61,590 nucleotides of DNA, taken from a virus. Lineage: Duplodnaviria > Caudoviricetes. The stretch covers positions 1-61,590 of IMG/VR virus record IMGVR_UViG_3300032053_000072; one strand, written 5' to 3'. Each line of letters begins with the position of its first letter. The stretch's first letter is position 1. The position numbers were made by a program, and so were the translations under genes. The notes beneath the pieces are model-generated. The model searched no databases. It saw only the letters and a list, made by a program, of their open reading frames with translations, and was not told the origin of the DNA. Shown in pieces: positions 37,711-48,426 of this stretch.

Positions 37711-40700
37711 TTATGCGGCTTGGACCATTCGCATCAGCGCATCAATGGCGTTGCGCCGTGCTTCCGCCATCACACCATAGTCAATCTCGCCTCGCACATT
37801 CGCCCTGACAGCGCTTTCGACGCGCGCCACTTGGACGATGACAGCATGTCGCAATTGCTGGTCGGTCACTTCGCTTTCTCCTCCTGGCGCACGTCGAGCG
37901 CCTTGAGAGCGGCGCGTAGATCGCAGCGATACGACGTCTCGCAGAGACGACCACAGTAGTTCAGACATCGCTTGGCGGCATCTACTGCCACTTGCATCGC
38001 CACCACCTCCGCCTCGGCTTGGGCGGCGATATGACCAAGAAAGGCGCGAATCGTGCCGAAGTCTAGGCTCATATAGTTGCTGTCGGGTGCTTCCACATAG
38101 TCGCTTTGCCACCGATGCCAACGTTCCAGTTGGTGCTCACTCAGCATTTTGCTCATCGTTCACCTTCTTCGCCGCGACTGGCAGTCCCGGCAACCAGCGC
38201 CAGTGAGTGATGAGAGACTCCCATCCACCACGGGCATCAAGATGCCACCGCATATCGGTAGTGATCCAAGCCAGTCCGTATCGCTCACCGTCAGTGACCA
38301 GTACGGGCTTGCTGTAGTGACGGTCCCTCTCAATGCACGGCAGGGTATTTGCCACCGATACCCATAGGCCCTGATTGTCAGGACAATCCCAGCATCCACT
38401 GACCTCACGAACCATCGTCTGACTCATTGCTCTCCTCCTTCGCACCCAGTGCAGCCAGGGCCTCTCGCGTTGCAATGCCCTTGTCCAGGAGTTGCTTGTA
38501 GGCGAGGTGAGTGGCGGCCAGGGCCTCCGCGGAATGATCAGCACTCGCCTCCGCGACGCGGACATTGACCCAGGCAGCCAGGGCCTTATCGCATCCCATA
38601 GCCGTCTCTGCCACCGCCTGCAGCCGCACCAACTCATCGAGCATGGCCTGGCCGGCAGTGCCGGAGAGAGCGTCTTTGCCCATCTGCAATGCCTCGTGTG
38701 GCCCGTAGCATCTCTCTTCCCATGCGAAGCTATGCGAGTGATCGTCATAGTCCAGAACGGCACCCAAGCTACGCTGCACGTGCCCTAGCGCCTCCCGCAT
38801 TGACGCCGCCTCAGCCTGCGTAGCCGCCAGCGCCTCGGCCTGGCCCTCTATGGCTCTGGTCTGACAGTCTGAGATGTTGTCGGCGAGCGTCAGCGCGGCT
38901 TTACAATCCGCTAGAGCCTCATCCTGGGCATTGATGTGCAATAGCAAAGAGCGAATATCCTGTTCCGCTTTTGCCAGCACAACTCCGGGATTGATGCATG
39001 ACTCCTCAACCCAGTCCTCATACAGCAGATATAACTCCCCTTTACTGAGTACCATCGCTCACCTCCCTCGTGAGTCTGAAACTCGCGCCAATCTGATCGA
39101 AAGCCGCTTGGAGCCGCGCCACCTCATCGAGCATGGCCTTGCCAGCGGTGCCGGAGAGAGCGACACGTATCGATTTGCAGGTCAAACAGTCCTGCCACCG
39201 TACAATCTGACCCGGATCGTCAACCCGAATCCCTACACATTGCCGGCCTTCGCCTTTACAATTGGGGCAGCGACGCAATGCTGCCTCCAACTCACTCCGC
39301 ATCGCCGCGGCCTCTGCCTGTGCCATCGTCAGCTCCTCGGCCTGGGCGGCGACGTGACCATATGCCCGCCGAACGAAATCATCTGCATCCAGATGCTCCG
39401 CTGTCTCTCGCCAGTTAGTCAGTTCCCGCTCACTCAGCATCTTGCTCATCGCTCGCCTCCTCCATGCACTCTACCGAGCAATAAGTCTGCGCGTCATCAA
39501 TCTCTCGCTCGCAAACAGGGCAGTGTTTGCAGGTTAGGCCAGCGTAGCGGCTATTTACCGCGTTATGTTGCGAGGGCAGGAGAGGACGCCGGTAGCCCTC
39601 ATCACATTCCTGCTTGATTTTGTCTATCCAATCATCCTTCATCGCTCGCCTCCTGTGCTCTGCGACACCCGGCACATACATCGGCTGTCCCCAGCCGTTG
39701 GCAATCGGCACAGTCGCTCTGATCATCCGACGATAGAGGCGGCACACACCTCTGCTCCGCCTCCTCCTGTGGCAGGGGGAACAGGCCTTGGAACCAATGC
39801 GTCACCGCCGCCTCTCCCTCAAGGGCCTCGGTCGTCTCTGAGTCGAACCATTGAGAGAGGCCATCCCAGTTGGTATACCAGGCCTTGCGCCACTCGGTGC
39901 CCGTTATCACCGGCAGATCCTCAGAGCAGTAATCCTGCTCAGGATCGGTTGTGGGCAATCTCTCGCTCGCGGCCACCCAGCGGGTCTCAATCTTCGCCAT
40001 CGTCACCCTCCTCAGCCATAGGCAACGGCGGCATACCTCGCAGCCAGTGAGTCACAGTCCCGCAGACGTGCGCCCACATTGTTGTTCCAGAATGCCATCG
40101 TCCTGTCTCCATTCCAGGTATACCGAGTATCAGACTGATGACCGGAACCTCGTCACCGAGACCATTCTTATTGACGGTCGGCAACTCGCCGCTGCTCACG
40201 GCCACCCAGCGCGTGGCATCGGGGAGCGAACAATCTGGCGAGAGCCAGCACTTGTCGCCTACCGATATAGCGGGTAATTCCACTTCCTGTGCCTTACAAT
40301 AGGGCGCACCGCCCTCTGCTTCCGGCTCCCGGTAGTGATCACAGTCGCGACAGTCGGTGATATACATAATCTTGGCTGGTAGATTTATCATTGCCTCACC
40401 CTCCTTTAGCGCCTAGCGCAGCAATGGCAGCATCAGCGGCATCGTCATTCCCTTCTCGTCGCCTCTCGCGCCTAACCCGGCTTTGTCGTCACCATGTGGA
40501 ACTCGTGCTCTTCCTCGCAATTACAGTCCGTGCGATATGCGGGCTCACACTCAGTCTCGTCGTGGTCACGCCAGCCTACACAGGTCATCAGGTCATCGAG
40601 AACACAGCCACATTCGCCATAGGGCTCAAGTAGGCCATCATATCCGTTCGCCACCAGGTATGCCGTCACGATGTCACGGACGGTCGCCATTTGTGTTTGC

Positions 40701-41953
40701 CTCCCCCTCGTCCTCATCATCCCTCCCCCCATCAGCGGCCGCACGCCCCCGCCACCGCGCTCGCTTTCCCGCTCGTCCGGTTGCACGAACCCACAAGTGA
40801 TGAGCGCCAGACGGAGATCATAGCCGTCACACTGCTCCGCTGGCGTGTAACCGCTGCATACCTCGTCCTTGCACTGCTCGCAGTACATGTTCAGCACGGC
40901 AACCGAGAGTGCCGCAGTTTTGGCAAAGGCTATTGCCTCGTCCTGGGTGTACCTCATCCGTTTCTGCGTCACCGTCCCTCCCTCATCAGCAGCCTTCGCC
41001 ACTCACCACCCCCCGGTGCCCCTCGTGTCGCCCGTTCCATCTTTCGCAGACATCTGGGGCAAAACGGCCTCCCGGCTGACCATTCCGTTGCCCAATGATC
41101 CCAAAACACGCGCGAGCCACAGATGGCTGGGTGATCGTGCCAACCCAACCATAAGTGCAGGACACGACCGCCCCAACATCTACCAATAGTGAACCTTTGT
41201 GGCCGAATATGTGCCCTGTACCCCGCTAAGAGTTGCCACTCTCTCTCGGTTATCATCTCTCTCCCATCACCGGCCGCGCGTCGCCGCCACCCGGGCCTCC
41301 ACGGGTTATTTCGGTTATACTCATCCCAATGTCTCCCTGATGATCGGTGCTACGACGTTGCGGTCAAAGTCCACATGTACAGCCACGATCTTGCCGGGGC
41401 CTTGGCGGTTCACCGGATACCTCCTGTTATTCCCAGCCCCAGCAACCGCAATAGAAGCGGTCGTACCGTTCTTTCGGCTTGTGCTCGAAGAAGGCCAGGT
41501 CCGGGCTGCTATCTTTCTGACACAGGCACGGTTCGCCGCGCCTGCAGCCGTAGTTGGATTCATGGTTACGGCCCTTAGGGGTGGAGCCATAGTGAGCGCA
41601 GCGAGCTCGTCGTCCCGCGAGGTCGGGTGGCTCCACCGGGACGTTGTAGCCGGTGTCGATGCCGAAACAGATCACACACACTGGCAAGCCGGTGTGATCG
41701 CGTCCCTGAGCGGCGTGGCCGCACTTCATCATTTGGGCCATGGTGAAGCCTCCTGTGTCTGGCCCCAGTGGTTCTCGGCCATAGTGGCCGGATGGCGAGC
41801 TTCGCGTGTTGCGTTGGTGAGCCGCAATCGGATGATCCGCTCCTCGAGGGCCATGATGCGTAGGACGTCGTCGTGGTGGGCCACGACGTAGACGACCCGG
41901 GCGAGAAGCGCGCTGACGAAAGCGCCGGCGAGGAATGCGGCGAGATAGGTCAT
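37711..41953 (-). other. Cluster of about 13 small, coupled, mosaic hypothetical genes including three DUF551-like paralogs
   Basis: W.....LP...THW...P motifs in ORFs ending at 38137, 39632 and 39987; paralogous MSKMLSE genes. Confidence 0.65.
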
Positions 41954-42095
41954 GGTGAGTCCTCCTTTGTTCCGGGCCACGTGGCCGATAGGTGCAACTC
42001 GAGGCCGGCGGGGCCGATGATGACCTTGTCTCCCTGGCGCCAACCTTCGCTGCCCACGTGCCTCCGCCTGAGCGCTGCCACGATCTCCTCGCTGG

Positions 42096-42995
42096 TCATT
42101 TCTCCTCCAGCGACTTGAGCCAGTTACCGCGATCCAGGCTCGGGCGCGCGTCGGCGTCGCCCATGTCCGCCACCAGGAACCGGCCGTCCAGCAGTCGGCT
42201 GATGATCGGAGCCTCGTAGCGGGAGTTGGGCAGGATGTGATAGGTCCGCGTCACCTGCCCCGCGTGGTTGCGATCGCAGAGGCGGTTGTTACTCGCCAGC
42301 ACGGTGAGACACTGGCCGGCGCGGCGATAGCGGTCGTCCAGGAGTTGGTAGAGCTTCTCATCCGCCCATTCGGTCATCGAGATCTTGTCGAGCTCATCTA
42401 TCGCCAGGACCTGGACGGCGAGCATGCGGTCATAGCGTGCCGTGTAGCTCATGAGCGCCTTCGGGTCGAAGGCAGCCTTGAGGTAGTCCAGGAAACCGGC
42501 CAGGGTGGTGTAGTGGACCTCCTTGCCGGCCTTGCGGCACTCGGAGCAAATGCCGGCCAGCAGGTGGGTCTTGCCGGTGCCGAGGCCGCCATGCAGGGTG
42601 AGGAAGCCCACCGGCCGGCGCACCACTTCCCAGGCGGCCTTGAGCCCGGCCTCGGAGTGCGTCCCGTGCTTGCGCCGGAAGTTGCCCAGGCGCCAGGTCT
42701 TGATGTCGCCCGTGATGCCCGTGTTCTGCTCCGCTTCGCTGGTGGCCTTGGCCGCGCTACAACTGGGGCACCAGATCGTCCGGTAGGTGTGGGGTGAGAC
42801 TTGGACGCAGACGTATTGGAGACCGAGGCAATGCTCGCAGCGGTAGGATGGTGGCGGTTCCAGCTCGGGTGCCTCCGGGCTGACCATCGGCGGCTTGTTG
42901 CGCCATCCGCGCGATCTGCCAGCTTTGGCAGCGGTCGCCTCGGCCATAAGCTGCACTTGTTCAGCCAGGGGTCTCATGTGAAAGGGCGTCGTCAT
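42096..42995 (-). CDS. DnaC/IstB-like AAA+ ATPase (helicase loader)
   Basis: Walker A GGLGTGKT, LAIDELD, LDDRY and SRL; start uncertain (42995 or 42977). Confidence 0.9.
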   Translation of the reverse strand: MTTPFHMRPLAEQVQLMAEATAAKAGRSRGWRNKPPMVSPEAPELEPPPSYRCEHCLGLQYVCVQVSPHTYRTIWCPSCSAAKATSEAEQNTGITGDIKTWRLGNFRRKHGTHSEAGLKAAWEVVRRPVGFLTLHGGLGTGKTHLLAGICSECRKAGKEVHYTTLAGFLDYLKAAFDPKALMSYTARYDRMLAVQVLAIDELDKISMTEWADEKLYQLLDDRYRRAGQCLTVLASNNRLCDRNHAGQVTRTYHILPNSRYEAPIISRLLDGRFLVADMGDADARPSLDRGNWLKSLEEK

Positions 42996-43785
42996 CCTCG
43001 TCGTTAGCCTCCTGCAGCCATCCTTTGGGGAAGTCCGCGATGGTGCGCTCGAGCGGAATGGGTTCGCGGGTGTTGCCGCGACGCGGTTCCAGTCCACCCT
43101 TCTCGAAGCATTCCAGTAGGCCCGTAATGTTGCGCGGGTTGTAGCCGCGGCCAATCCAGTCGGTGCACACACGTTCCCACAAGGCCAACTTAGTATCGAG
43201 ACCGCCAACTCGCGCCTCGATCTCGCCATACAGCGTCTTTGGCGGGTAGCGTTGCGTCGCCTTCCTGTAAGTCGCCACCGCGGGTGGGACGGGTTTGGGC
43301 TCGCCGCGCTTGCGCGGCGTTACGTCTCTTCTACTCTCCTCTACTCTACTCTCCTCTACTCTACTCTCCTCTACTCTATTGTCGTTACACCCGTTACACG
43401 TTTCAGTAACGACGTTATGTGTCGTTACATTAGCTAGTTTCTTCTTAGCTCGATACTTCCGAACCCTTGCCGCGACGGCTTCAGGCTCTGCGCTTGGCGT
43501 TGTTGGCTGGCGCTTGACGAAATGGACTAGGCGCCATTGCTCGTCCTGACAATCGGCGATGTTGAGGCCCCGTAGGGCTTCGAGGTCGATACTGAGTTGC
43601 TCGGCATCAATACGCAGTTGAAAGGCCATGTCGTCTATGGGCATAAGGCTGCCATCGTCGTCCACGATTCCGGCTAGGGCGAAGAGGTTGATGCAGACAC
43701 GAAACTGTCTGTCGCTGAGCTCGTGCATTTTGCGGTCATGAAGCATCTCGGTCCACAACTTGACCCATTGCTTCACGGTTTGCAC
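42961..43785 (-). CDS. Replication initiator (replisome organizer type)
   Basis: WVKL...D.K N-domain; central repeats; directly upstream of the DnaC-like gene. Confidence 0.85.
   Translation of the reverse strand: MQTVKQWVKLWTEMLHDRKMHELSDRQFRVCINLFALAGIVDDDGSLMPIDDMAFQLRIDAEQLSIDLEALRGLNIADCQDEQWRLVHFVKRQPTTPSAEPEAVAARVRKYRAKKKLANVTTHNVVTETCNGCNDNRVEESRVEESRVEESRRDVTPRKRGEPKPVPPAVATYRKATQRYPPKTLYGEIEARVGGLDTKLALWERVCTDWIGRGYNPRNITGLLECFEKGGLEPRRGNTREPIPLERTIADFPKGWLQEANDEDDDALSHETPG
43320..43432. repeat. Candidate replication origin: GTTAC/GTAAC iterons plus a 15-bp tandem repeat x3
   Basis: Several GTTAC copies in a locally AT-richer patch; ctactctcctctact x3 encodes RVEES. Confidence 0.6.
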
Positions 43786-43813
43786 TTAGCGCGTAGACGC
43801 GGACAACTCCGTC

Positions 43814-44167
43814 TCATGGCGCCTCCTGTGACAGATGCAGCGCCAACTCACCGCGCCGCAGCACGACGTCCCCCACCTCCCAGCCCATGCGCCGCACGTC
43901 AGCATCGCTATAGACGTAGAGCCACCGGCCGGCCGGCAGGTGCCCCGTCACGAGTGCCCACGCTAGAGCCTGACTCTCCGCGGTCGCCAGCGCATCGGCG
44001 TAGTACCCATCGGCAAGGACCTCAGTTAGGGTTGCGCCAAAGCGACCATCCTGGACTCTCGCCTGCATCGTTGTCGCCACCAGGAGTGCGGCATCAGGGC
44101 CGAGTACGCCCACCTCGCCGGCGAGGACTCGGGCGATGAGCTGAGCGGCAAGCAGGAGCGCGATCAC
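43814..44167 (-). CDS. Secreted cell-wall-hydrolase (SleB)-like protein
   Basis: Signal-like N-term; IARVLAGE...VATT..AR...F..TLTEV. Confidence 0.5.
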   Translation of the reverse strand: MIALLLAAQLIARVLAGEVGVLGPDAALLVATTMQARVQDGRFGATLTEVLADGYYADALATAESQALAWALVTGHLPAGRWLYVYSDADVRRMGWEVGDVVLRRGELALHLSQEAP

Positions 44168-45033
44168 GTCTGCCCCTTGCTGGCCAGAATTGCCCGTCCG
44201 ATCACCTCGACGAGTTGCGGAACGACTGCATTGCCGAGCATTCGCAGTCGGTCCATCCTGCTGAGTGCCAGCCTTTTAGGGCGTTTCTCCGACCCAACTC
44301 GCTCAGGCAAGGCTCGGGCGTCATTCAATCCACCTCCGTCCATTTCGTTGGAAAACCCATCATGTCTTCCACGAACTCCGGATTGAGTTTGCCGCCGTAG
44401 AGGCCCAGCAACGTCGGAGTTGGTCGCGGTGCTGTGGAATTGGTTCGCGTCCAGCGCGAGGCGTTCGGGGTTGGCAGGAGGCGGCTGGCATAAGCTGAGA
44501 GATGCAGCGTCCCCCGCCCATCCCGCGAGTTGGGGCCACCGTGCTGCCCGTCGCTCGCTCTCGGTGTGGGCCACAACCCAGACCCTATCTCTCCTGTGCG
44601 GCGCACCGACGGCACAAGCCGGAAGTACAACCGCCCATGCGGTGTAGACCGCGGCTTCCAGGTCAGATAGGCAGCCGTCGAGGCCCATGCTGATGAGCCC
44701 AGGAGTGTTCTCAAAACAGCACCAACTCGGTCTGAGCTCGGTAACAACGCGAAACATCTCCGGCCAGAGCCAACGGTCATCTGCCTCGCCTCTGCGCTTC
44801 CCGGCAAGGCTGACCGGCTGACAGGGGAATCCGCCGCAGATAAGATCAACTGGCTCAAGGTTGTGACTTCCGACATTGCGCACGTCCTCATACCGTTTCA
44901 CATCCGGCCAGTGCTTGGCGAGTACTTGCCGACATTGGGGATCGAGCTCGACTTGCCACCGACATGTCATGCCGACACGCTCCAGGCCAAGATCAAAACC
45001 GCCCACTCCTGAAAAGAGACTCCCGAATGTCAC
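44164..45033 (-). CDS. DNA cytosine-5 methyltransferase, large subunit
   Basis: SLFSGVGG, GFPCQ, ENTPG, HRRDR and LGNAVVP; motif IX not apparent. Confidence 0.92.
   Translation of the reverse strand: MTFGSLFSGVGGFDLGLERVGMTCRWQVELDPQCRQVLAKHWPDVKRYEDVRNVGSHNLEPVDLICGGFPCQPVSLAGKRRGEADDRWLWPEMFRVVTELRPSWCCFENTPGLISMGLDGCLSDLEAAVYTAWAVVLPACAVGAPHRRDRVWVVAHTESERRAARWPQLAGWAGDAASLSLCQPPPANPERLALDANQFHSTATNSDVAGPLRRQTQSGVRGRHDGFSNEMDGGGLNDARALPERVGSEKRPKRLALSRMDRLRMLGNAVVPQLVEVIGRAILASKGQT
44325..44891 (-). CDS. Alternative-frame second subunit of the C5-MTase (motif IX)
   Basis: LWPTP.ASD and LNPEFVEDMMGFP..WT, nested within the MTase gene. Confidence 0.7.
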   Translation of the reverse strand: MRTCAMSEVTTLSQLILSAADSPVSRSALPGSAEARQMTVGSGRRCFALLPSSDRVGAVLRTLLGSSAWASTAAYLTWKPRSTPHGRLYFRLVPSVRRTGEIGSGLWPTPRASDGQHGGPNSRDGRGTLHLSAYASRLLPTPNASRWTRTNSTAPRPTPTLLGLYGGKLNPEFVEDMMGFPTKWTEVD

Positions 45034-45064
45034 GTGTGCCCCTCACTCTCCGGTAGAAGTGCGA

Positions 45065-46060
45065 TCATGTTTCCGTCACACCAAATCGCAACAGATAGCG
45101 TGGATCACTGATCGTCATCTTCATCGGACTGGCACAGTACCGACAGTTATAGGACGGCTCTCCACATAGCATCCTCCTCATCGCTTGTATCTTTTCTCCA
45201 TTCCAAATCTCCGCCATCGTCTCCCGACGGAGATCGCCCAGGATAACGCTGTCTACAAAGTCCATGCAGCAGGCACCAACGCGGCCATCGGCATAGACGT
45301 AGAGGTGGTTGAATGGATAGGTGCAGTAAGGGGACTTGACTGTAGGAACCAAAGGTCGGGAGAAGAGCCCAGGGGACATGAAAAGGATGCCTTTCTCTTG
45401 GCAGAATTGCGCCGCCCTCTTGAACATCTGATCCGACAGTTCCTGGTGATAGTAAAGACTCTCTTGGCGATCTGCCTCGCGGTAGATGATGTTGTGATAG
45501 GCAATCACAGATGAGATGTGGTAATGGTCAGCCAAACGCATCACGTCAGGTAACTCGGTGATATTCCTCACCGAGGCACCAAAGTTCAGGCAAAGCAACG
45601 GCAAGGTGGAGTTGTGCCATGCCTTGGCTCCCGTTAGGAATTGCAGGGCACTCTCCAGCGTTTCTAGGGTACCGCCGCGCCGAATAACGCTGTAACCATC
45701 AGTGGCATCGCAGGAAAACGAGAGCGAGTGTAGACCACCTTCAACCATCGCCTCGGCTAGGTCTGGAGTCATCAATTGCAGGTTGGTTGTGGTATGGGCT
45801 TTCGCCCCAGCGATAACAACGTCGCGCATGAAGGTTAGGAAATGTGGACTCATGAGAGGCTCGCCGATACCCACGAGGTAGACGTTTTCAAGTTGACCGA
45901 GGTAGGGTTTGATTTTGGCATTCCACAAGTCTGGCACCATTATGGCGCTGATGTGACCGGGCAATTTGTTGAAGCACTGTGCACAACTGAGATTGCAGAT
46001 GCTAGAAACCTCAACTTGCAGACTGTGCAACTTGTGGAACGGGAGCATTTGGTCGGTCAT
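45065..46060 (-). CDS. Radical SAM protein with SPASM/twitch domain
   Basis: CNLSCAQC, GEPL, C..P...DGRVGACC...CRYC. Confidence 0.9.
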   Translation of the reverse strand: MTDQMLPFHKLHSLQVEVSSICNLSCAQCFNKLPGHISAIMVPDLWNAKIKPYLGQLENVYLVGIGEPLMSPHFLTFMRDVVIAGAKAHTTTNLQLMTPDLAEAMVEGGLHSLSFSCDATDGYSVIRRGGTLETLESALQFLTGAKAWHNSTLPLLCLNFGASVRNITELPDVMRLADHYHISSVIAYHNIIYREADRQESLYYHQELSDQMFKRAAQFCQEKGILFMSPGLFSRPLVPTVKSPYCTYPFNHLYVYADGRVGACCMDFVDSVILGDLRRETMAEIWNGEKIQAMRRMLCGEPSYNCRYCASPMKMTISDPRYLLRFGVTET

Positions 46061-46106
46061 GTGGCTCACGTCCGCGCCTCGCGCTCCGGCTGCCTCGACG
46101 TGGTGT

Positions 46107-46346
46107 TCATTCTGGCGTCGGCTGGGCCGGCGGAGAGATTTGCTCGAATGTGAATCCCGTACTTCTGCAAGCGACGCATTCCACATCGCTAGTCTCGTTG
46201 TAGGGATACCCCCATTGCTGCCGCCGATATCGGAAGTGGCCGGTTCCTCCACAGCGATCACAGAGTACCGGTTTCAATGCTTCGTTTTTCATGTTGGCTA
46301 GAAACTCGCGCTCCATCACACCTAATCTCGTCTTAGTTTCATCCAT
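46107..46346 (-). CDS. Small DnaJ-type Zn-finger protein
   Basis: CDRCGGTG...CVACRSTG; RBS AAGGAG. Confidence 0.6.
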   Translation of the reverse strand: MDETKTRLGVMEREFLANMKNEALKPVLCDRCGGTGHFRYRRQQWGYPYNETSDVECVACRSTGFTFEQISPPAQPTPE

Positions 46347-46704
46347 TGAAGTCTCCTTTCGCCTGCCCCTCACTCTCCGGCTGCCACACTCCCGTCTTCT
46401 CCCATTGCGGATGCTTCCCGCGGGGCTCTGTCTCCTGGACGGCCTTGTGCGCCGCGACGTGGGCGAAGTACGCCTGCCGTGCTCGCTCGTATGCCGGCCA
46501 GGCATCGCCATCCCAGATGCGACCGCGAGTGCCGGCACGCATGCTCGCCCCCTGCATCGTCACCCAGAGTACCTGCGCCTCCGGGCAGCGCGGGGTGTAG
46601 CCGCTACCGGTATCGCCCGTGCAGCCACACGTCAGCGGGACGCGAGTGTGGCCGCGCAAGTCCTCTCTCATCATCTCCTCCTCGGTTAGAGACGACACAT
46701 ACAT
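46339..46704 (-). CDS. Hypothetical protein
   Basis: Coupled ORF; probable start at the MM downstream of GAGGAG. Confidence 0.5.
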   Translation of the reverse strand: MYVSSLTEEEMMREDLRGHTRVPLTCGCTGDTGSGYTPRCPEAQVLWVTMQGASMRAGTRGRIWDGDAWPAYERARQAYFAHVAAHKAVQETEPRGKHPQWEKTGVWQPESEGQAKGDFNG

Positions 46705-47426
46705 GGGACGTAGTAGTCCAGGCCGGAAAACAGCGTGCCCTGTTGTGCGAACTGGCGCAGGGACATTTTCCCGCCTGGATCGAAGAAGCTGTTGCCGCCC
46801 TTGCCTGCTGCCCGCCGCTCTGTGCTGGCCTCCTCAAGCCTAGCTGCTCGCTCGAATAGATCAGGGTGCCGCTCCAGTAGGTCACGCCACTGGCGTGGCG
46901 ACTGGAAGGGACACAGCCAGCACGAGCTTTTGCGTGGCACCTCTAGCCCCGCCGCCTGGATAATGCGCGCGCAGGCGTTGCGATCTAGGCCACGGTCTAC
47001 CAGCGGCCGTACCTTGTCCGGCTGGCGACGTGACTCCTCAGCGCTGATGCCTATGAGTAGGGTGGCAGGATCGTGGTCATTCGCCGTGCACCAGGCGTGT
47101 ATTGGCGCGATCTTCCACATGCTGGTACACCACCTGGCGCCGGCGAATGGCGTTACGCGGTAGTGCTCGCAGTAGTCGATGAGAGCCATCCGCTTCTTCC
47201 CTCGTCGCCATTCCGGCCCCAGCATCGTTACCGCCAGGTCGCGGTCAGCGAGCCAGAGCTTGAATGTGTCCACGTAAGCGTCAGTCTCCGGCCACTCACA
47301 GCCCGTCGCCGCCATGACAATCGGACCGTGCCAGCCTTCGCCCACGAGCAGCACCACGAGAGCGATACTGTTGACGCCGGCACCTAGCGATAAAGGGATG
47401 CCGTCGTACTCATGCGTCGCCATCAC
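46686..47426 (-). CDS. PAPS-reductase-like (PP-loop) protein
   Basis: SLGAGVNS, TG.E.PET, RWCT..WK, KSSCWLCPF. Confidence 0.8.
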   Translation of the reverse strand: MMATHEYDGIPLSLGAGVNSIALVVLLVGEGWHGPIVMAATGCEWPETDAYVDTFKLWLADRDLAVTMLGPEWRRGKKRMALIDYCEHYRVTPFAGARWCTSMWKIAPIHAWCTANDHDPATLLIGISAEESRRQPDKVRPLVDRGLDRNACARIIQAAGLEVPRKSSCWLCPFQSPRQWRDLLERHPDLFERAARLEEASTERRAAGKGGNSFFDPGGKMSLRQFAQQGTLFSGLDYYVPCMCRL

Positions 47427-47456
47427 GCCGCACCTCCTGCACCCGATCCGCCGCCA

Positions 47457-47735
47457 TCACACGCGCTTCCATCCGCCCTTGCCCGTTTTGCTGTAGTAAC
47501 AACGCATCCAAGGATTGGTGCGACCTTTGGGGTCCGGCGGGTACTTGATGCGGATGACTTCGATGATGGCTGCCGCGCGCTCCTCGTCGCATTCCAGGAG
47601 GACGGCGGTGCCGGCAATGTCTCTAGGAGTGGCGTCTACAAATATGCGGTTGGGGGTGACTGGAGCGACCAGGCAGGGCAGCGTTATCGGGTCGCGTCTA
47701 ACTACCAAGTCGCTGACATTTACGGCGTAGGGCAT
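47457..47735 (-). CDS. Hypothetical protein
   Basis: ORF starting MPYAVN with RBS GAGG. Confidence 0.5.
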   Translation of the reverse strand: MPYAVNVSDLVVRRDPITLPCLVAPVTPNRIFVDATPRDIAGTAVLLECDEERAAAIIEVIRIKYPPDPKGRTNPWMRCYYSKTGKGGWKRV

Positions 47736-47748
47736 CCTGGCACCTCGC

Positions 47749-48426
47749 TCACTCTGGCATCTCCATCGGCAGCCGCAGTTGGGCCATCGCCGCCTCAATC
47801 CTTGCCCGTGCAATCTTGAAGTAGTGCTCGTCTATCTCGATGCCCACCATGCCAAACCCTTCCTGTGTCGCAGCCTTCCCGGTGCTTCCGCTGCCCAGGA
47901 AGGGATCGAGCACTACGCCACCAGGCGGCGTCACCAGGCGGCAGAGGTAGCGCATCAGGGCAGTGGGCTTCACGGTGGGATGGAGGTTGCGGCGTGGTAA
48001 GTACGCATTGCTGATGCAAGTCGCTTCCTCACCCCGCAGTTGTGAGGCACGGGCAAGTGCATTGGAGGCGACTACCTCTTCTAGCCCATCGCACCCCTCG
48101 TCCCTGTCCGCCTTGCTCGCTTTCGCACAATACACCAGCCGACTAGCCCGCTCGTCCGCGTCTAGCGGGCAAGCCTTGAAGAAGCGGGCAGCGGAACCGA
48201 AGTCGCCCATCGCGTGGGCCGACGTGCCCGTAGTCGAGGACTGTCCCTTGCCGCTACCATAGATCGCCTGCAAGTCCGTGCGAGCAATGCGTTTATGCGG
48301 GAAGTGGCCGCCATCGCGCTCCGTGAATAGGCCAACCACTTCATCGCTAGCGGGATTAGGCAACTTGGTAAAGAGGCGCTGTAACTGCTCTGGCATCCGC
48401 TTGTACGTGGCCTCGTCAATCTTCAT
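47749..48426 (-). CDS. N6/N4 DNA methyltransferase, C-terminal fragment (SAM-binding)
   Basis: HPTVKP..LMRYL and VLDPFLGSGST. Confidence 0.88.
   Translation of the reverse strand: MKIDEATYKRMPEQLQRLFTKLPNPASDEVVGLFTERDGGHFPHKRIARTDLQAIYGSGKGQSSTTGTSAHAMGDFGSAARFFKACPLDADERASRLVYCAKASKADRDEGCDGLEEVVASNALARASQLRGEEATCISNAYLPRRNLHPTVKPTALMRYLCRLVTPPGGVVLDPFLGSGSTGKAATQEGFGMVGIEIDEHYFKIARARIEAAMAQLRLPMEMPE

Noticed and set aside
43331-43378. Phase-variable microsatellite
   Set aside because: The 15-bp in-frame unit encodes the RVEES linker typical of phage replication initiators
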